Of a stretch of DNA of 64,000 bases, positions 10,392 through 19,919 are shown in pieces. Numbering within the stretch: the stretch's first letter is position 1; each line of letters starts with the position of its first letter. The translations under genes and the position numbers were made by a program. Under the pieces are notes generated by a model that worked only from the letters and a program-made list of their open reading frames with translations, was not told where the DNA came from and did not search any database. The DNA comes from an uncultured bacterium (GTDB lineage Bacteria; Desulfobacterota_D; UBA1144; Nemesobacterales; UBA2774): contig CAWGRW010000009.1 in the NCBI GenBank assembly GCA_963825135.1, positions 2,528,001-2,592,000 on the forward strand, written 5' to 3'.

Positions 10392-11720
10392 TTATTGGAC
10401 TTCCCTTACGACCTTCTCTGATATCCAGCCTTCTTTACCGTCTGACGCGACTATCTTTACCCACCTGCCCTTCTTTTCGCCGAGCCCCCTGAACACCTCT
10501 CCCTCTTTTACTATCGTAACGACTTCGCTGCCCATTCCGGGGCCGCTCCTGACGTTGGCCCCTACCCCGATGACCGTGTAATTTACGGAGGCTCCGGGCT
10601 GAGATGAAGCGGGTACGGTGGCGGGCTCTTTTGCCTGAGGAGGGATTGTAAAGGACTTATCCTTCACCGCGGCGGAGTCCGCGTCCGCAACTGTTTTCTC
10701 GTCTCCGGGCACGGCCGGCCGGATCAATTTAGAACTCTCTTTCGCTTTATCCCGGTCAGAATCGGCTGCTGCGGGGGCAGCCGGTTTTTCTTTCACCGCG
10801 GGAGGCGGAATCTTCGGCTTCGCGTTATTTAAGCTCACGGCGTTTGAAGATGTTTTTAAATCCACTACTGACACCTCCTCTACCCCCCACATTCTCATAA
10901 GCATATCGTAGAACAGCACCCCCACGATGATGCCGAGTATGAGGAGGCCCGCTCCCAGGATGTATGAATTCTTTATCTTCGCCTCTTTATCGGATTCTTC
11001 GGTAACGGCATTGGCAGTCGATTTTATCTCCGGCTTCGGCTTTGCGTCCTGCGCCTGCGCCGCGGGCCTCTGCGGCGGCTGCTTTTTCGGCTCGTCGGGT
11101 CCTATGTAATCGATATTCCTATCCCTGGGCTTCACCGTCTCAGTCTGATGCAGCGACGGCTTCACGTAATCGATCCTGGTTACGTCCCCCGGGGCTTCTC
11201 TTTCCTCGACGCTCGAGCCGTTTGATTCGGAAATGCGCGATATCTCCTTCTGAAGCTCCCTCAGCTTGAGGTCGAGGTCCGTCTGGGACGCGCCCAGCTG
11301 GAGGTTGTACACCGAATAGACGGAATCGAGCCTGCCGAGATATTCGTTCTTGTTTTTCTCAATCTCGGTGCTGATGTCGTCCAGGTAATCCCTTATCTCG
11401 CCTACTATGCCGGCCACGGAGGCGGGGCTGAGCTCGGTCTTTCCGGGAGGGGCGAAAAGGTCGTCAGGGCCCCTGACCGGGGCGGGCTCGCGGGACTTCC
11501 TCTCGATGTCGAGGAGCTTGATCGTAAAGCCGCTCAGGCCGAGTTTATATTTGTCGGTGAGGGCCTGAATAAACGTAATCTGCCCCTTGTAGAGCTCCTT
11601 TGACTGTGAAATAAGGTTAAGCGTCTTTATCAGGCGCAAGAGCTCAAGCTCAAAGTTGGCGGAAATCCTTTTAAGGCTCTCACGAGCTATACCGCTGTCA
11701 ATATCCCCTTTCATTTTCAC
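10392..11720 (-). CDS. Single-pass membrane protein with N-terminal coiled coil and C-terminal bacterial SH3 domain
   Basis: One TM segment (YILGAGLLILGIIVGVLFY), Pro/Ala/Lys linker, ANVRSGPG...WVKI...GKEGWIS. Confidence 0.75.
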   Translation of the reverse strand: MKMKGDIDSGIARESLKRISANFELELLRLIKTLNLISQSKELYKGQITFIQALTDKYKLGLSGFTIKLLDIERKSREPAPVRGPDDLFAPPGKTELSPASVAGIVGEIRDYLDDISTEIEKNKNEYLGRLDSVYSVYNLQLGASQTDLDLKLRELQKEISRISESNGSSVEEREAPGDVTRIDYVKPSLHQTETVKPRDRNIDYIGPDEPKKQPPQRPAAQAQDAKPKPEIKSTANAVTEESDKEAKIKNSYILGAGLLILGIIVGVLFYDMLMRMWGVEEVSVVDLKTSSNAVSLNNAKPKIPPPAVKEKPAAPAAADSDRDKAKESSKLIRPAVPGDEKTVADADSAAVKDKSFTIPPQAKEPATVPASSQPGASVNYTVIGVGANVRSGPGMGSEVVTIVKEGEVFRGLGEKKGRWVKIVASDGKEGWISEKVVREVQ

Positions 11721-11911
11721 CCGTTTGACGTTTTAATCATAGTATATATGCACAAAGAATGGAATTGTAAATAATTTTTTATCTCCCCCTGCTCCTCCGG
11801 AGGGTTTACCGGAGGGCGCGGGCTTCGCCGTATTAACAGCCGGGGAGCCGGCCACGCGCTGACTATCGCGGATAATTTATCGTTTAATAATGGGGTATTA
11901 ATAAGACCGGT

Positions 11912-12151
11912 TCAACAGGGTTTCATCTTCGATTTGAGAAGGACCTTGAGCCTGTTTCTTATCTCCGGGGTCACGAACGATCTGTCCCCGAGCTTCCCGG
12001 CGAGCTCGAGCATCCTTTTATACGTATCGACGAACGCCCTGCACTCGGGACACTCCCCGGCGTGCTTCTCGAGCTCTTCGAGGGTCTTCATGTCGAGCTC
12101 GTTATCGATGTAGCCCATGATATTCTCTACTAAGTCTTTACACATGAACAT
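11912..12151 (-). CDS. zf-HC2 (ZAS) zinc-finger anti-sigma-like small protein
   Basis: C...YIDNEL...HAGECPEC (HxxxCxxC). Start taken at MFMCK. Confidence 0.8.
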   Translation of the reverse strand: MFMCKDLVENIMGYIDNELDMKTLEELEKHAGECPECRAFVDTYKRMLELAGKLGDRSFVTPEIRNRLKVLLKSKMKPC

Positions 12152-12534
12152 GCTGTGATTGTCTCCCGCCCGCGGGCGGATTTCAGATCCGCGCCGCGTC
12201 CCGCGCAGGTCCCCCGGACCGGGCGGCAAACCCTGGACGCCGCCAAGGCTTCCCTCGGCGCCATACGACATCTTAGATGTAAACTGCCGCGACTCGATTC
12301 AGCGCGCGCTTTCGCGCCGCGCTGCCGCTGAACCCTGATTATATACCCTGCGGTATATCATTGAAAGCCCGGAGTATATGGAAGCAGGGGGCGCGGGCTT
12401 CTATCGTGCGTGGATTGCAATTATAATTTTCTGTGTAAACTTGTAATTCAGGGCCGCCGCGCCGGGAGCGTACCGGCGCCTGGGCCCCTCGATAGAACGG
12501 CAATAAAATACGCCTGCTCCGGAGGGAGAAAATA

Positions 12535-13932
12535 ATGTTCCAGAAACCCGCGACCATCGGGGAGCTCAAGGCGAGCGAGTACAGGGTCCTCTCCGTAAGG
12601 GAGGAGATGAGGAAGAACCTCATCAGGATGCTGAGGGGCGGCGAGACCCCGTTCCCTGGCATAATCGGATACGAAGAAACCGTTATCCCCCAGGTGGAGA
12701 CCGCCATACTCGCGGGGCACGACATCATCTTCATCGGGGAGAGGGGCCAGGCGAAATCCCGGCTCATCAGGGCCCTCACGAACCTCCTCGACGAGGAAGT
12801 GCCGATAATCAAGGGGGGCGAGCTCAACGACGACCCCTACGACCCGATCACCAGATGCTGCAGGGACCTCGTACGGAAGTACGGGGACGACACGGAGATC
12901 GAATGGGTGGGGAGGGAGCACAGGTACAGCGAAAAGCTCGCCACGCCCGACGTCTCGATCGCCGACCTCATTGGCGAGGTGGACCCTATCAAGGTCGCCG
13001 AGGGCAGGTACCTGTCCGACGAGCTCACGATACACTTCGGACTCATACCCAGGACCAACAGGGGCATATTCGCCATAAACGAGCTTCCCGACCTGGTCGA
13101 GAAGGTGCAGGTCGGGCTCTTCAACATCATGGAGGAGAAGGACATACAGGTAAAGGGCTACAAGGTCAGGCTCCCTCTCGACATATGCATCGTGGCTACG
13201 GCCAACCCGGAGGACTATACGAACAGGGGCAGGATAATCACCCCTCTCAAGGACAGGTTCCAGTCCCAGATAAGCACCCATTACCCGAAGACCCGGGAGA
13301 CCGAGATAATCATAATGGAGCAGGAAGCCTTCGTGCCCGATATAGACGGTATAACCCTCAGGGTGCCGAGGTTCATAAAGGAGATAATCGCCGAGATATC
13401 GTTTCAGGCGCGGGGTTCGGCGGACATCAACCAGCGCTCCGGCGTGAGCGTAAGGACGTCGATCGCGAACTACGAGAGCGTCATCGCGGCGGCGGAAAAG
13501 AGGGGGATAAGGCTCGGGGAGCGCGAGGTCGCGCCCAGGATAACTGACTTCCCGTCTATCGTGCAGTCTACGAGCGGCAAGATAGAGCTCGAATACCTGG
13601 GGGACGACTCTTCGGAGGCGGCCGTGGTGGAAAAACTGATAAGGCGCTCCATCAAGACCGTCTTCGACGGCTATTTCCCCTCCCTCGACTTCATGTCGGA
13701 ACTCATAAAGAGCTTCGAGCACGGCTACGTCGAGGTCGCCGACGTTATGCCGTCCGAGGACTACATGATGGGGTTAAGAGAGATAAAGGGCCTCCAGGGC
13801 TGCGTCGACTCGCTCGGCGTAGCGGAATCTCCCGCCGAGATCGCGGCCGCCGTGGAATTCACGCTCGAAGGGCTCCACCTGAACAACAAGCTCAACAAGG
13901 AAAACGTCCGGGGAAAGATAATCTACAAATGA
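12535..13932 (+). CDS. AAA+ ATPase (Mg-chelatase-like family)
   Basis: Walker A GERGQAKS, variant Walker B FAINELPD, ATANPEDYTNRG. Confidence 0.88.
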   Translation: MFQKPATIGELKASEYRVLSVREEMRKNLIRMLRGGETPFPGIIGYEETVIPQVETAILAGHDIIFIGERGQAKSRLIRALTNLLDEEVPIIKGGELNDDPYDPITRCCRDLVRKYGDDTEIEWVGREHRYSEKLATPDVSIADLIGEVDPIKVAEGRYLSDELTIHFGLIPRTNRGIFAINELPDLVEKVQVGLFNIMEEKDIQVKGYKVRLPLDICIVATANPEDYTNRGRIITPLKDRFQSQISTHYPKTRETEIIIMEQEAFVPDIDGITLRVPRFIKEIIAEISFQARGSADINQRSGVSVRTSIANYESVIAAAEKRGIRLGEREVAPRITDFPSIVQSTSGKIELEYLGDDSSEAAVVEKLIRRSIKTVFDGYFPSLDFMSELIKSFEHGYVEVADVMPSEDYMMGLREIKGLQGCVDSLGVAESPAEIAAAVEFTLEGLHLNNKLNKENVRGKIIYK

Positions 13933-15533
13933 CCACCTCGTACAGGTACAGGAAGTGGGACGGAAGTCAGTCCGGGTTCGACCCGGGGGTAGAGGACTTC
14001 TTCGGCGAATTCTCCGATTACCTGATGGAAGGGTGGACCCCTGACGAGGCATACGAATGGATACTCAAGCAGGGGATTAAGGGGCTCAGCGTGAGGGTGA
14101 TGGGCATAGACGACCTCCGCTCCGAGCTCGCGGCCTGGAGACAGAGGGCCTACGATAAATACAATTCCAGGACAGCGCTCGCCGGGATAAAGAACGAGCT
14201 TTCGGACATCGTCAACCGGGAGCTCGAACACATCATGCGCTCGCTCTCCCCGGATTCGGCGGACCTGAAAACGAGGGAAGCCTTGCTGAGAGGCCTCGAC
14301 GGCAAGCCGGGCGCGGCGATAGAAAGCCTGAGGGACTATGAGTTCCTCGACGAGGAAGCCGCTCAAAGGTTCCGCGCGCTTCTCGACAGGCTCGAGGACA
14401 TAAAGAAGGCCGAGAGGTTCATCAAGCGTTTCGGTGAAAGGTTCACGGGCGAGACCCCGATTGAGCTCGAGGGCCTCCTGGAATTGATAGAGAGGCTCGA
14501 GGAGCTCGAGCGGATGGAGAAGAGCCTGGTCTCGGGGAGCTTCCATGAAATAGACCCGGAGGGGATCGGCGGGGCGCTCAGCCCGGAGGGTTATAATTCT
14601 CTCCGCCTGTTAAAGAGCTTTAAGGCCGCGCTCGAGAACTCGGGCCTGATAAGGACGAGGGGGGAGCGCACGGAGCTCACCCCGAGGGGCATAAGGAAGC
14701 TCGGCGAGACGGCCGTCGCCGACATATTCTCGTCGCTCAAGCGGAACAGGGTCGCCGACCACGAGACGGAGTGGAGGGGGTCGGGATCGGCGAAGCCCGA
14801 GGAATCGAAGGAGTACGAGTTCGGGGACCCGTTTAACCTCGACATCGTAAGCACGCTCAAAAAGTCGCTCCTCAGGGAGCCGGGAGGCGGGAGGGTAAGG
14901 GTCGATCCGGGGGATTTCGAGGTATACGAGACGGAATACCATACGCACGCGACGACGGCGCTCCTGCTCGACCTCTCCTGGTCGATGAGTTTTCAGGGGA
15001 GGTTCCCGGCGGCGAAAAGGGTCGCGCTCGCTCTCGACCACCTGATAAGGACCAATTACCCGAAGGACGATTTCCACATCATAGGGTTTTCGACCGGGGC
15101 GAGGAAGCTCACGACGAAGGAGCTTGCCGTGACGACGTGGGACTCGAACGACCCGTTCACGAACATACAGGAGGCCCTATCCGTCGCGGCAAAGACGATC
15201 TCCAGGTCGAGGAACACGAATAAGCAGATAATCCTCATCACGGACGGCCAGCCCACGGCCTATTATCTCGACGGCTATCTGCAGGTAGAGCTCCCGATGT
15301 TCTTCGGCGGGCTCTCCCCGAGGGCCACTCTGGAGACGCTTAAGGAAGTGAAGCGCGTAACCTCCATGGGCATACGCATAAATACCTTCATGCTCGACGA
15401 CAGCCCTTCTCTGAGACGCTTCGTCGACGAGATGACCCGCATCAACAAGGGACGCGCCTTCTTTACCACGCCCGAGCACCTGGGGAAGTACCTCTTCGTC
15501 GATTATCTCAGGAGAAAGAGGAAGGTGCTGTGA
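13929..15533 (+). CDS. VWA-domain protein, partner of the AAA+ ATPase
   Basis: YRKWDGSQ N-terminus, MIDAS DLSWS, TNIQ, ITDGQPTA; ATGA overlap with the upstream gene. Confidence 0.88.
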   Translation: MTTSYRYRKWDGSQSGFDPGVEDFFGEFSDYLMEGWTPDEAYEWILKQGIKGLSVRVMGIDDLRSELAAWRQRAYDKYNSRTALAGIKNELSDIVNRELEHIMRSLSPDSADLKTREALLRGLDGKPGAAIESLRDYEFLDEEAAQRFRALLDRLEDIKKAERFIKRFGERFTGETPIELEGLLELIERLEELERMEKSLVSGSFHEIDPEGIGGALSPEGYNSLRLLKSFKAALENSGLIRTRGERTELTPRGIRKLGETAVADIFSSLKRNRVADHETEWRGSGSAKPEESKEYEFGDPFNLDIVSTLKKSLLREPGGGRVRVDPGDFEVYETEYHTHATTALLLDLSWSMSFQGRFPAAKRVALALDHLIRTNYPKDDFHIIGFSTGARKLTTKELAVTTWDSNDPFTNIQEALSVAAKTISRSRNTNKQIILITDGQPTAYYLDGYLQVELPMFFGGLSPRATLETLKEVKRVTSMGIRINTFMLDDSPSLRRFVDEMTRINKGRAFFTTPEHLGKYLFVDYLRRKRKVL

Positions 15534-16063
15534 CACACGAAGTGTGCTCTTTCGAATAGACAAGACTAAGGAAGGACAAGACAAAGGCTTTTTTTTATCT
15601 TTCTTTTCCTTGATGAACACACGTAGTGTGCTCTTTCGAAAAGACAAAGAAAAACAAAGGCAATATTATTTCTTCTTTGTCTGGATACAAAGAAGCAAAA
15701 ATCATCCGACTACAGAATTGTGCTAAAAATCTCATGTACTCGCTAAATCTTCCGATTCTACCCCATCGGAGCAATAGTTTAGCGATGTCCGTGGCTAACT
15801 AACGTCGTGCGGATAGGAGAGGGTGTCCGAATGCGCGCTCGCTTGCATTCGTTCCCGTGGAAGATTTTTAACGCTCGTACAATCGATTTTCTTAACGCAA
15901 ATTCTCTAATGTCGGGGAGAGAAAAAGAAATATAAGGTACACCCTCACCCTATCCCTCTCCCCTCAAGGGAGAGGGAATTAAAGAAAGGGTGAACGGTTT
16001 GGCTACGTCGCCGGTTTGAGCTTAGGGGGCCGGGAAGGGATCGTAGAACACACTATGTGTGCG
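15534..16063. repeat. Intergenic mosaic of REP-like repeats
   Basis: CACAC-N3-GTGTG units at 15534 and 15618; long hairpin element about 15670-15915, near-identical to 19560-19720; CCCTCACC...CCCTC/GAGGG palindrome 15941-15980; stop-anchored 70-mer 15991-16063. Confidence 0.85.
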
Positions 16064-16981
16064 TCAGTCGCACTTATAGGGCTTTGAGAGCGTGAAGACC
16101 TTGTCGAGGCCGGGGGTGTAGAAATAGCGCTCGTGGTTACGCGATCTTATAAGCACCTTGTCCGTGCCGCAGGCGAACGTGAGCACCCTCGATTCGGGCT
16201 CCTTCATGCCTCCGAGGTCGGGACGTATGGAGGATATCTCGACGAAGACCGTGCCGTTCAGGTCTTTCTGCTTGACTATGGTGTCTATCATCTCCTGGGG
16301 TATGTGGAGGTGTCCCGAGAGCCATAGATCGACCTTGTATTTCCTGAGCACCTCTCTGAACCTCTTGGAGTCCGTTATCTGTCTCGCGGCTATGGACGAG
16401 AACATTATGCCGCTCCCCTGAAGGGGCGCGTGCGTAGTAACGACAATTATCTTGTCCTGGTTGTCGATCACCAGATTTTTCCACCACTCGAAGGTCTCGT
16501 CCGTTATGACGGTCGCCTTGCCCGTGTCTTCGTTCGACATGAAGATGAAGAGGATGTTCCCCTTCTCGACCGTATAGTTGACGTCCCCTCCCCCCCTTAA
16601 TTTTTTCCTGAATATATTCCCCTTGTCGGTTTTGTAATCGTGGTTCCCGATTATCTCGTGCCATTCCTTGATGTATGACCCGTCTCTCGTCCTGATGTAC
16701 AGGTCGTAGCTCTCCGCGGTCGGGAAATTCACGACGTCGCCCGCGTTGATGGCCATATCGACGTCCGTGACGTTGTCGTTCATGTCCTCGACCGCGTTCC
16801 TGAAGGGTTTTATGTGCGCCTCGTCCGTGATATGGGTATCGGATAGAGCCCAAACGGTGAGTGTTTCTTCCGGGACGTACCAGTTCTCGGCCGTGAGCTC
16901 CTTGCCCGAGGAATAACCGGTCTGGCACGACGTCAGCGTGAGGAATACGAGGATTAATAAAAGCGGGGCGCGTATTTTCAT
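16064..16981 (-). CDS. Calcineurin-like metallophosphoesterase, probable lipoprotein
   Basis: Lipobox LTSC, SDTH, GD, GNHD, SGHLH. Start taken at MKIRAP. Confidence 0.88.
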   Translation of the reverse strand: MKIRAPLLLILVFLTLTSCQTGYSSGKELTAENWYVPEETLTVWALSDTHITDEAHIKPFRNAVEDMNDNVTDVDMAINAGDVVNFPTAESYDLYIRTRDGSYIKEWHEIIGNHDYKTDKGNIFRKKLRGGGDVNYTVEKGNILFIFMSNEDTGKATVITDETFEWWKNLVIDNQDKIIVVTTHAPLQGSGIMFSSIAARQITDSKRFREVLRKYKVDLWLSGHLHIPQEMIDTIVKQKDLNGTVFVEISSIRPDLGGMKEPESRVLTFACGTDKVLIRSRNHERYFYTPGLDKVFTLSKPYKCD

Positions 16982-17001
16982 TCTCGATAGATAATACGGG
17001 A

Positions 17002-18300
17002 TCAGGCGATGTCCCGGATCGGGGCGCCGAGCGCTTCTTCGCCCGAAACCCCTGTGATCGTGACCGTTATTTCGTCGCCCTGCGCGTGCGCTCCGCCCGT
17101 AATCCGCACCGGTATGTAGTTGGGCGTTGTACCCTTCCCCCCGGCCTCGACGAGTATCGGGAGGCTCCGTCCGATAAAGCCCCTGTGGAATTCGGCCTTC
17201 TTTCTCGTGCCGAGCTCCCGCAGGAGCGCCGCGCGACGCTTGATAGTGTCCGGGTGCACCTGCCCGGGCATGGAGGCGGCGGGGGTGGCCCTCCGCTTCG
17301 AATAAGGGAATACGTGGAAGTACGTGAGCGCCGAGTTCCCGGCCGTCTCGTATGTGTTCCCGAACTCCTCCTCCGTCTCTCCGGGGAAGCCCACCATTAT
17401 GTCCGAGCCTATGGCCGCGTCGGGAATGCTCTCGCGTATGAGGCTCGTGAGCTTTACGAACCTCTCCGGGGCGTATCGCCTCCTCATTCTCTTGAGCACG
17501 CCGGCGTCTCCGCTCTGAAGGGCGACGTGGAACTGCGGGCATATGGTCTCTGCGCCGGCGATAAAGCCTATGAGATCCTCGTCTATGTCGGCCGGGTCGA
17601 GCGATGTGAGGCGCACGCGTTTTACTATCCTCTCCCGCTCGATGCTCTTTAAGAGCTCGGGGAAGCTCGTGCCGATGTCCCTGCCGTAGCTCGCGATATG
17701 CACCCCCGTGAGCACTATCTCTTTATATCCGGCAAGGGCCAGCTTCTCCATGCGCTCGAGTATGTCGGCTGCGGGGAGGCTCCTCGACCTTCCCCTGGCG
17801 CGCGGTATGATGCAGAACGTGCAGGCGTAATTGCACCCGTCCTGGACCTTTAAAAACGCGCGCGTCCTTCCTGGGAAGTACTCAATGCCGGGCGTCTCGA
17901 AGACCTTTTTCTTCTCGCTGAATATGTCCGAGATGAAGAGCCTGGGCTCGCTCTGCAGGGTTCCTTCCCTGATTATTTTAAGCAGTTCGGAGAACTTGTG
18001 CGAGTTGCCGATGACGTAATCGACGTCCCCGATCTGCCTGAGCTCTTCGGGCGAGACCTGGGCGTAGCAGCCCGTGACGATGACGACGCCCTCGGGGTTA
18101 GCGCGCCTGGCCCTGTGTATGTAGTGGCGGGCCTCGGCGTCCGCCTTGTGGGTCACCGTGCAGGTGTCTATGACGTACACGTCGGCCTTCTCGGGGAAAG
18201 GGACCCGGACGTACCTGCTTTTGGGCAGGCGGTTCAGTATGGCGGCCGTATCGTACTGGTTTACCTTGCACCCGAGGGTCACGACTGAAACGCTCTTCAT
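17002..18300 (-). CDS. mtaB: tRNA t6A37 methylthiotransferase
   Basis: TLGCKVNQYD, DTCTVT, TGCYAQ, KVQDGCNYACTFC, HVFPYS. Confidence 0.93.
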   Translation of the reverse strand: MKSVSVVTLGCKVNQYDTAAILNRLPKSRYVRVPFPEKADVYVIDTCTVTHKADAEARHYIHRARRANPEGVVIVTGCYAQVSPEELRQIGDVDYVIGNSHKFSELLKIIREGTLQSEPRLFISDIFSEKKKVFETPGIEYFPGRTRAFLKVQDGCNYACTFCIIPRARGRSRSLPAADILERMEKLALAGYKEIVLTGVHIASYGRDIGTSFPELLKSIERERIVKRVRLTSLDPADIDEDLIGFIAGAETICPQFHVALQSGDAGVLKRMRRRYAPERFVKLTSLIRESIPDAAIGSDIMVGFPGETEEEFGNTYETAGNSALTYFHVFPYSKRRATPAASMPGQVHPDTIKRRAALLRELGTRKKAEFHRGFIGRSLPILVEAGGKGTTPNYIPVRITGGAHAQGDEITVTITGVSGEEALGAPIRDIA

Positions 18301-19388
18301 TGCGGGAGCACCTCTTTTATCCACCCCCCGCCGAGCACCGTGTCGCCGCTATAGAACACGACCGCCTGGCCGGGCGTGATCGCCCTCTGGGGGCTCCCGA
18401 ATTCGAGGGTGCCCTCCGTGCGGCTCCACAACTTCAACTCCGCGTCGCTCTCGGGGTGCCTGTATCTGACCTTGGCCTTAACTTTAACTGTGCTATTTAT
18501 CATATCGTCAATATTAGTGTTATCGACCCACGTAATGTCCTCCGCCACGAGCCGCGTCCTGTATAGCTCTCCCTCCCCTCCGACGAATACGCGGTTGGAC
18601 GAGGGCTCTATGCGGGTCACGTACATGGGCTTTCCGGCGGCTATGCCCAGGCCCCGCCTCTGCCCCACGGTGAAGGAGAAGACGCCCCTGTGAGCGCCGA
18701 GCACGTCGCCCGCCGAGCTTACTATCTCGCCGTTTGAAGGCGTGAACGCGGAGCGGGCCTCCAGGTAATCCCTGTAATTCCCGCCGGGTACGAAGCACAC
18801 CCCGGTGCTGTCGGGCTTCTCCGCCTGTCTTAAGCCGAAGCCCTTCGCTATCTCCCTGACCTCGTCCTTCGTCATGTCTCCGAGCGGGAACATCAGGCGG
18901 CCGAGCTCCTTCTGAGTGAGAGTGTGGAGGAAATAGGTCTGGTCCTTGGACGCGTCTTCCGCCTTCCTGAGCGCGAGCCGTCCGTGCACGGGGTCCCGCT
19001 CTATCCTCGCGTAGTGTCCGGTCGCAAGGTAATCCGCCCCGAGCTCGAGGGCCTTTTGCAGGAGCAGGTCGAATTTGATGTGCTTGTTGCAGAGCACGCA
19101 CGGTATCGGGGTCTTCCCCGACATGTACTTGTCCACGTAGTCGGTCAGGACGTATTTGCTGAACTCCCCGGTGAAATTTACGACGTAGTGGGGAAAGCCG
19201 AGCTCCGCGGCCGCCCTCCTCGCGTCAACTACCTGGTCGAGAGAACAGCACCCCCCTTCGGCGTCCCCGTAATCGAGGAGCTGCATCGTAATGCCTATAA
19301 CCTCGCATCCTTCCTTCTTCAGCAGGGCCGCCACGGTCGTGCTGTCTACGCCTCCGCTCATGGCCACTACTACGCGCTTTCCGTTCAT
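18297..19388 (-). CDS. mnmA: tRNA 2-thiouridylase
   Basis: AMSGGVDS, GKTPIPCVLCN, ATGHYAR, KDQTYFL, TVGQRRGLG, ITPGQA. Confidence 0.96.
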   Translation of the reverse strand: MNGKRVVVAMSGGVDSTTVAALLKKEGCEVIGITMQLLDYGDAEGGCCSLDQVVDARRAAAELGFPHYVVNFTGEFSKYVLTDYVDKYMSGKTPIPCVLCNKHIKFDLLLQKALELGADYLATGHYARIERDPVHGRLALRKAEDASKDQTYFLHTLTQKELGRLMFPLGDMTKDEVREIAKGFGLRQAEKPDSTGVCFVPGGNYRDYLEARSAFTPSNGEIVSSAGDVLGAHRGVFSFTVGQRRGLGIAAGKPMYVTRIEPSSNRVFVGGEGELYRTRLVAEDITWVDNTNIDDMINSTVKVKAKVRYRHPESDAELKLWSRTEGTLEFGSPQRAITPGQAVVFYSGDTVLGGGWIKEVLPQ

Positions 19389-19462
19389 AATCAAGGTAGA
19401 AAGATTACACTAGCCGTTAAAATGAGACAAATCGGGGCGGGGCGGACGATAGGCGGCCAAAA

Positions 19463-19850
19463 CCGTTTGTCCTGAGTCTGTCGAAGGATTGAACGGGTTT
19501 GGCTGTGCCGCCGGTTTAGCCTGAGGAGTTTGGGAGTGTCGTAGAGGCACACACAGTGTTTTCTTCTTTTCCTTGATGAAAAGAAGCAAAAATCATCCGA
19601 CTACAGAATTGTGCTAAAAATCTCATGTACTCGCTAAATCTTCCAATTCAACCCCACCCCGTGGAAGATTCTTAACGCTCGTACAATCGATTTTCTTAAC
19701 GCAAATTCCGTAATGTCGGTAGCGTGCTTCGACTAGCTCAGCACGAACGGGTTGGGCTACGTTGCCGGTTTGAGCGTGAGAGTTTCGGAAGGATTATAAA
19801 ACACACATTGTGTGTGCCCGCCGCAAATTTTGTAATGTCGGGAAAAGAGA
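19463..19850. repeat. Intergenic mosaic of REP-like repeats
   Basis: GTCCTGAG..GTCGAAGGA-type units at 19463 and 19722 (inverted); two 70-mers (19491-19560, 19745-19817); long hairpin element 19560-19720 plus a 3' fragment at 19821. Confidence 0.85.
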
Positions 19851-19919
19851 AAGGCAAAAGATGGATTTCACGTTTTGGATTGTGCAGATTGTGCGCGGCT
19901 AACCCGGTGAAGCGGCGCT

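Noticed and set aside
15534..16063. Repeat clusters as a possible CRISPR array or integron attC array
   Set aside because: No regularly spaced identical repeats with unique spacers, no cas or intI gene, and no RYYYAAC...GTTRRRY boundaries.
16982..17542. N-terminal 187 aa of the 492-aa ORF 16064..17542, suggesting a fusion
   Set aside because: It overlaps mtaB in another frame. The real gene begins at the lipoprotein signal peptide at 16981.
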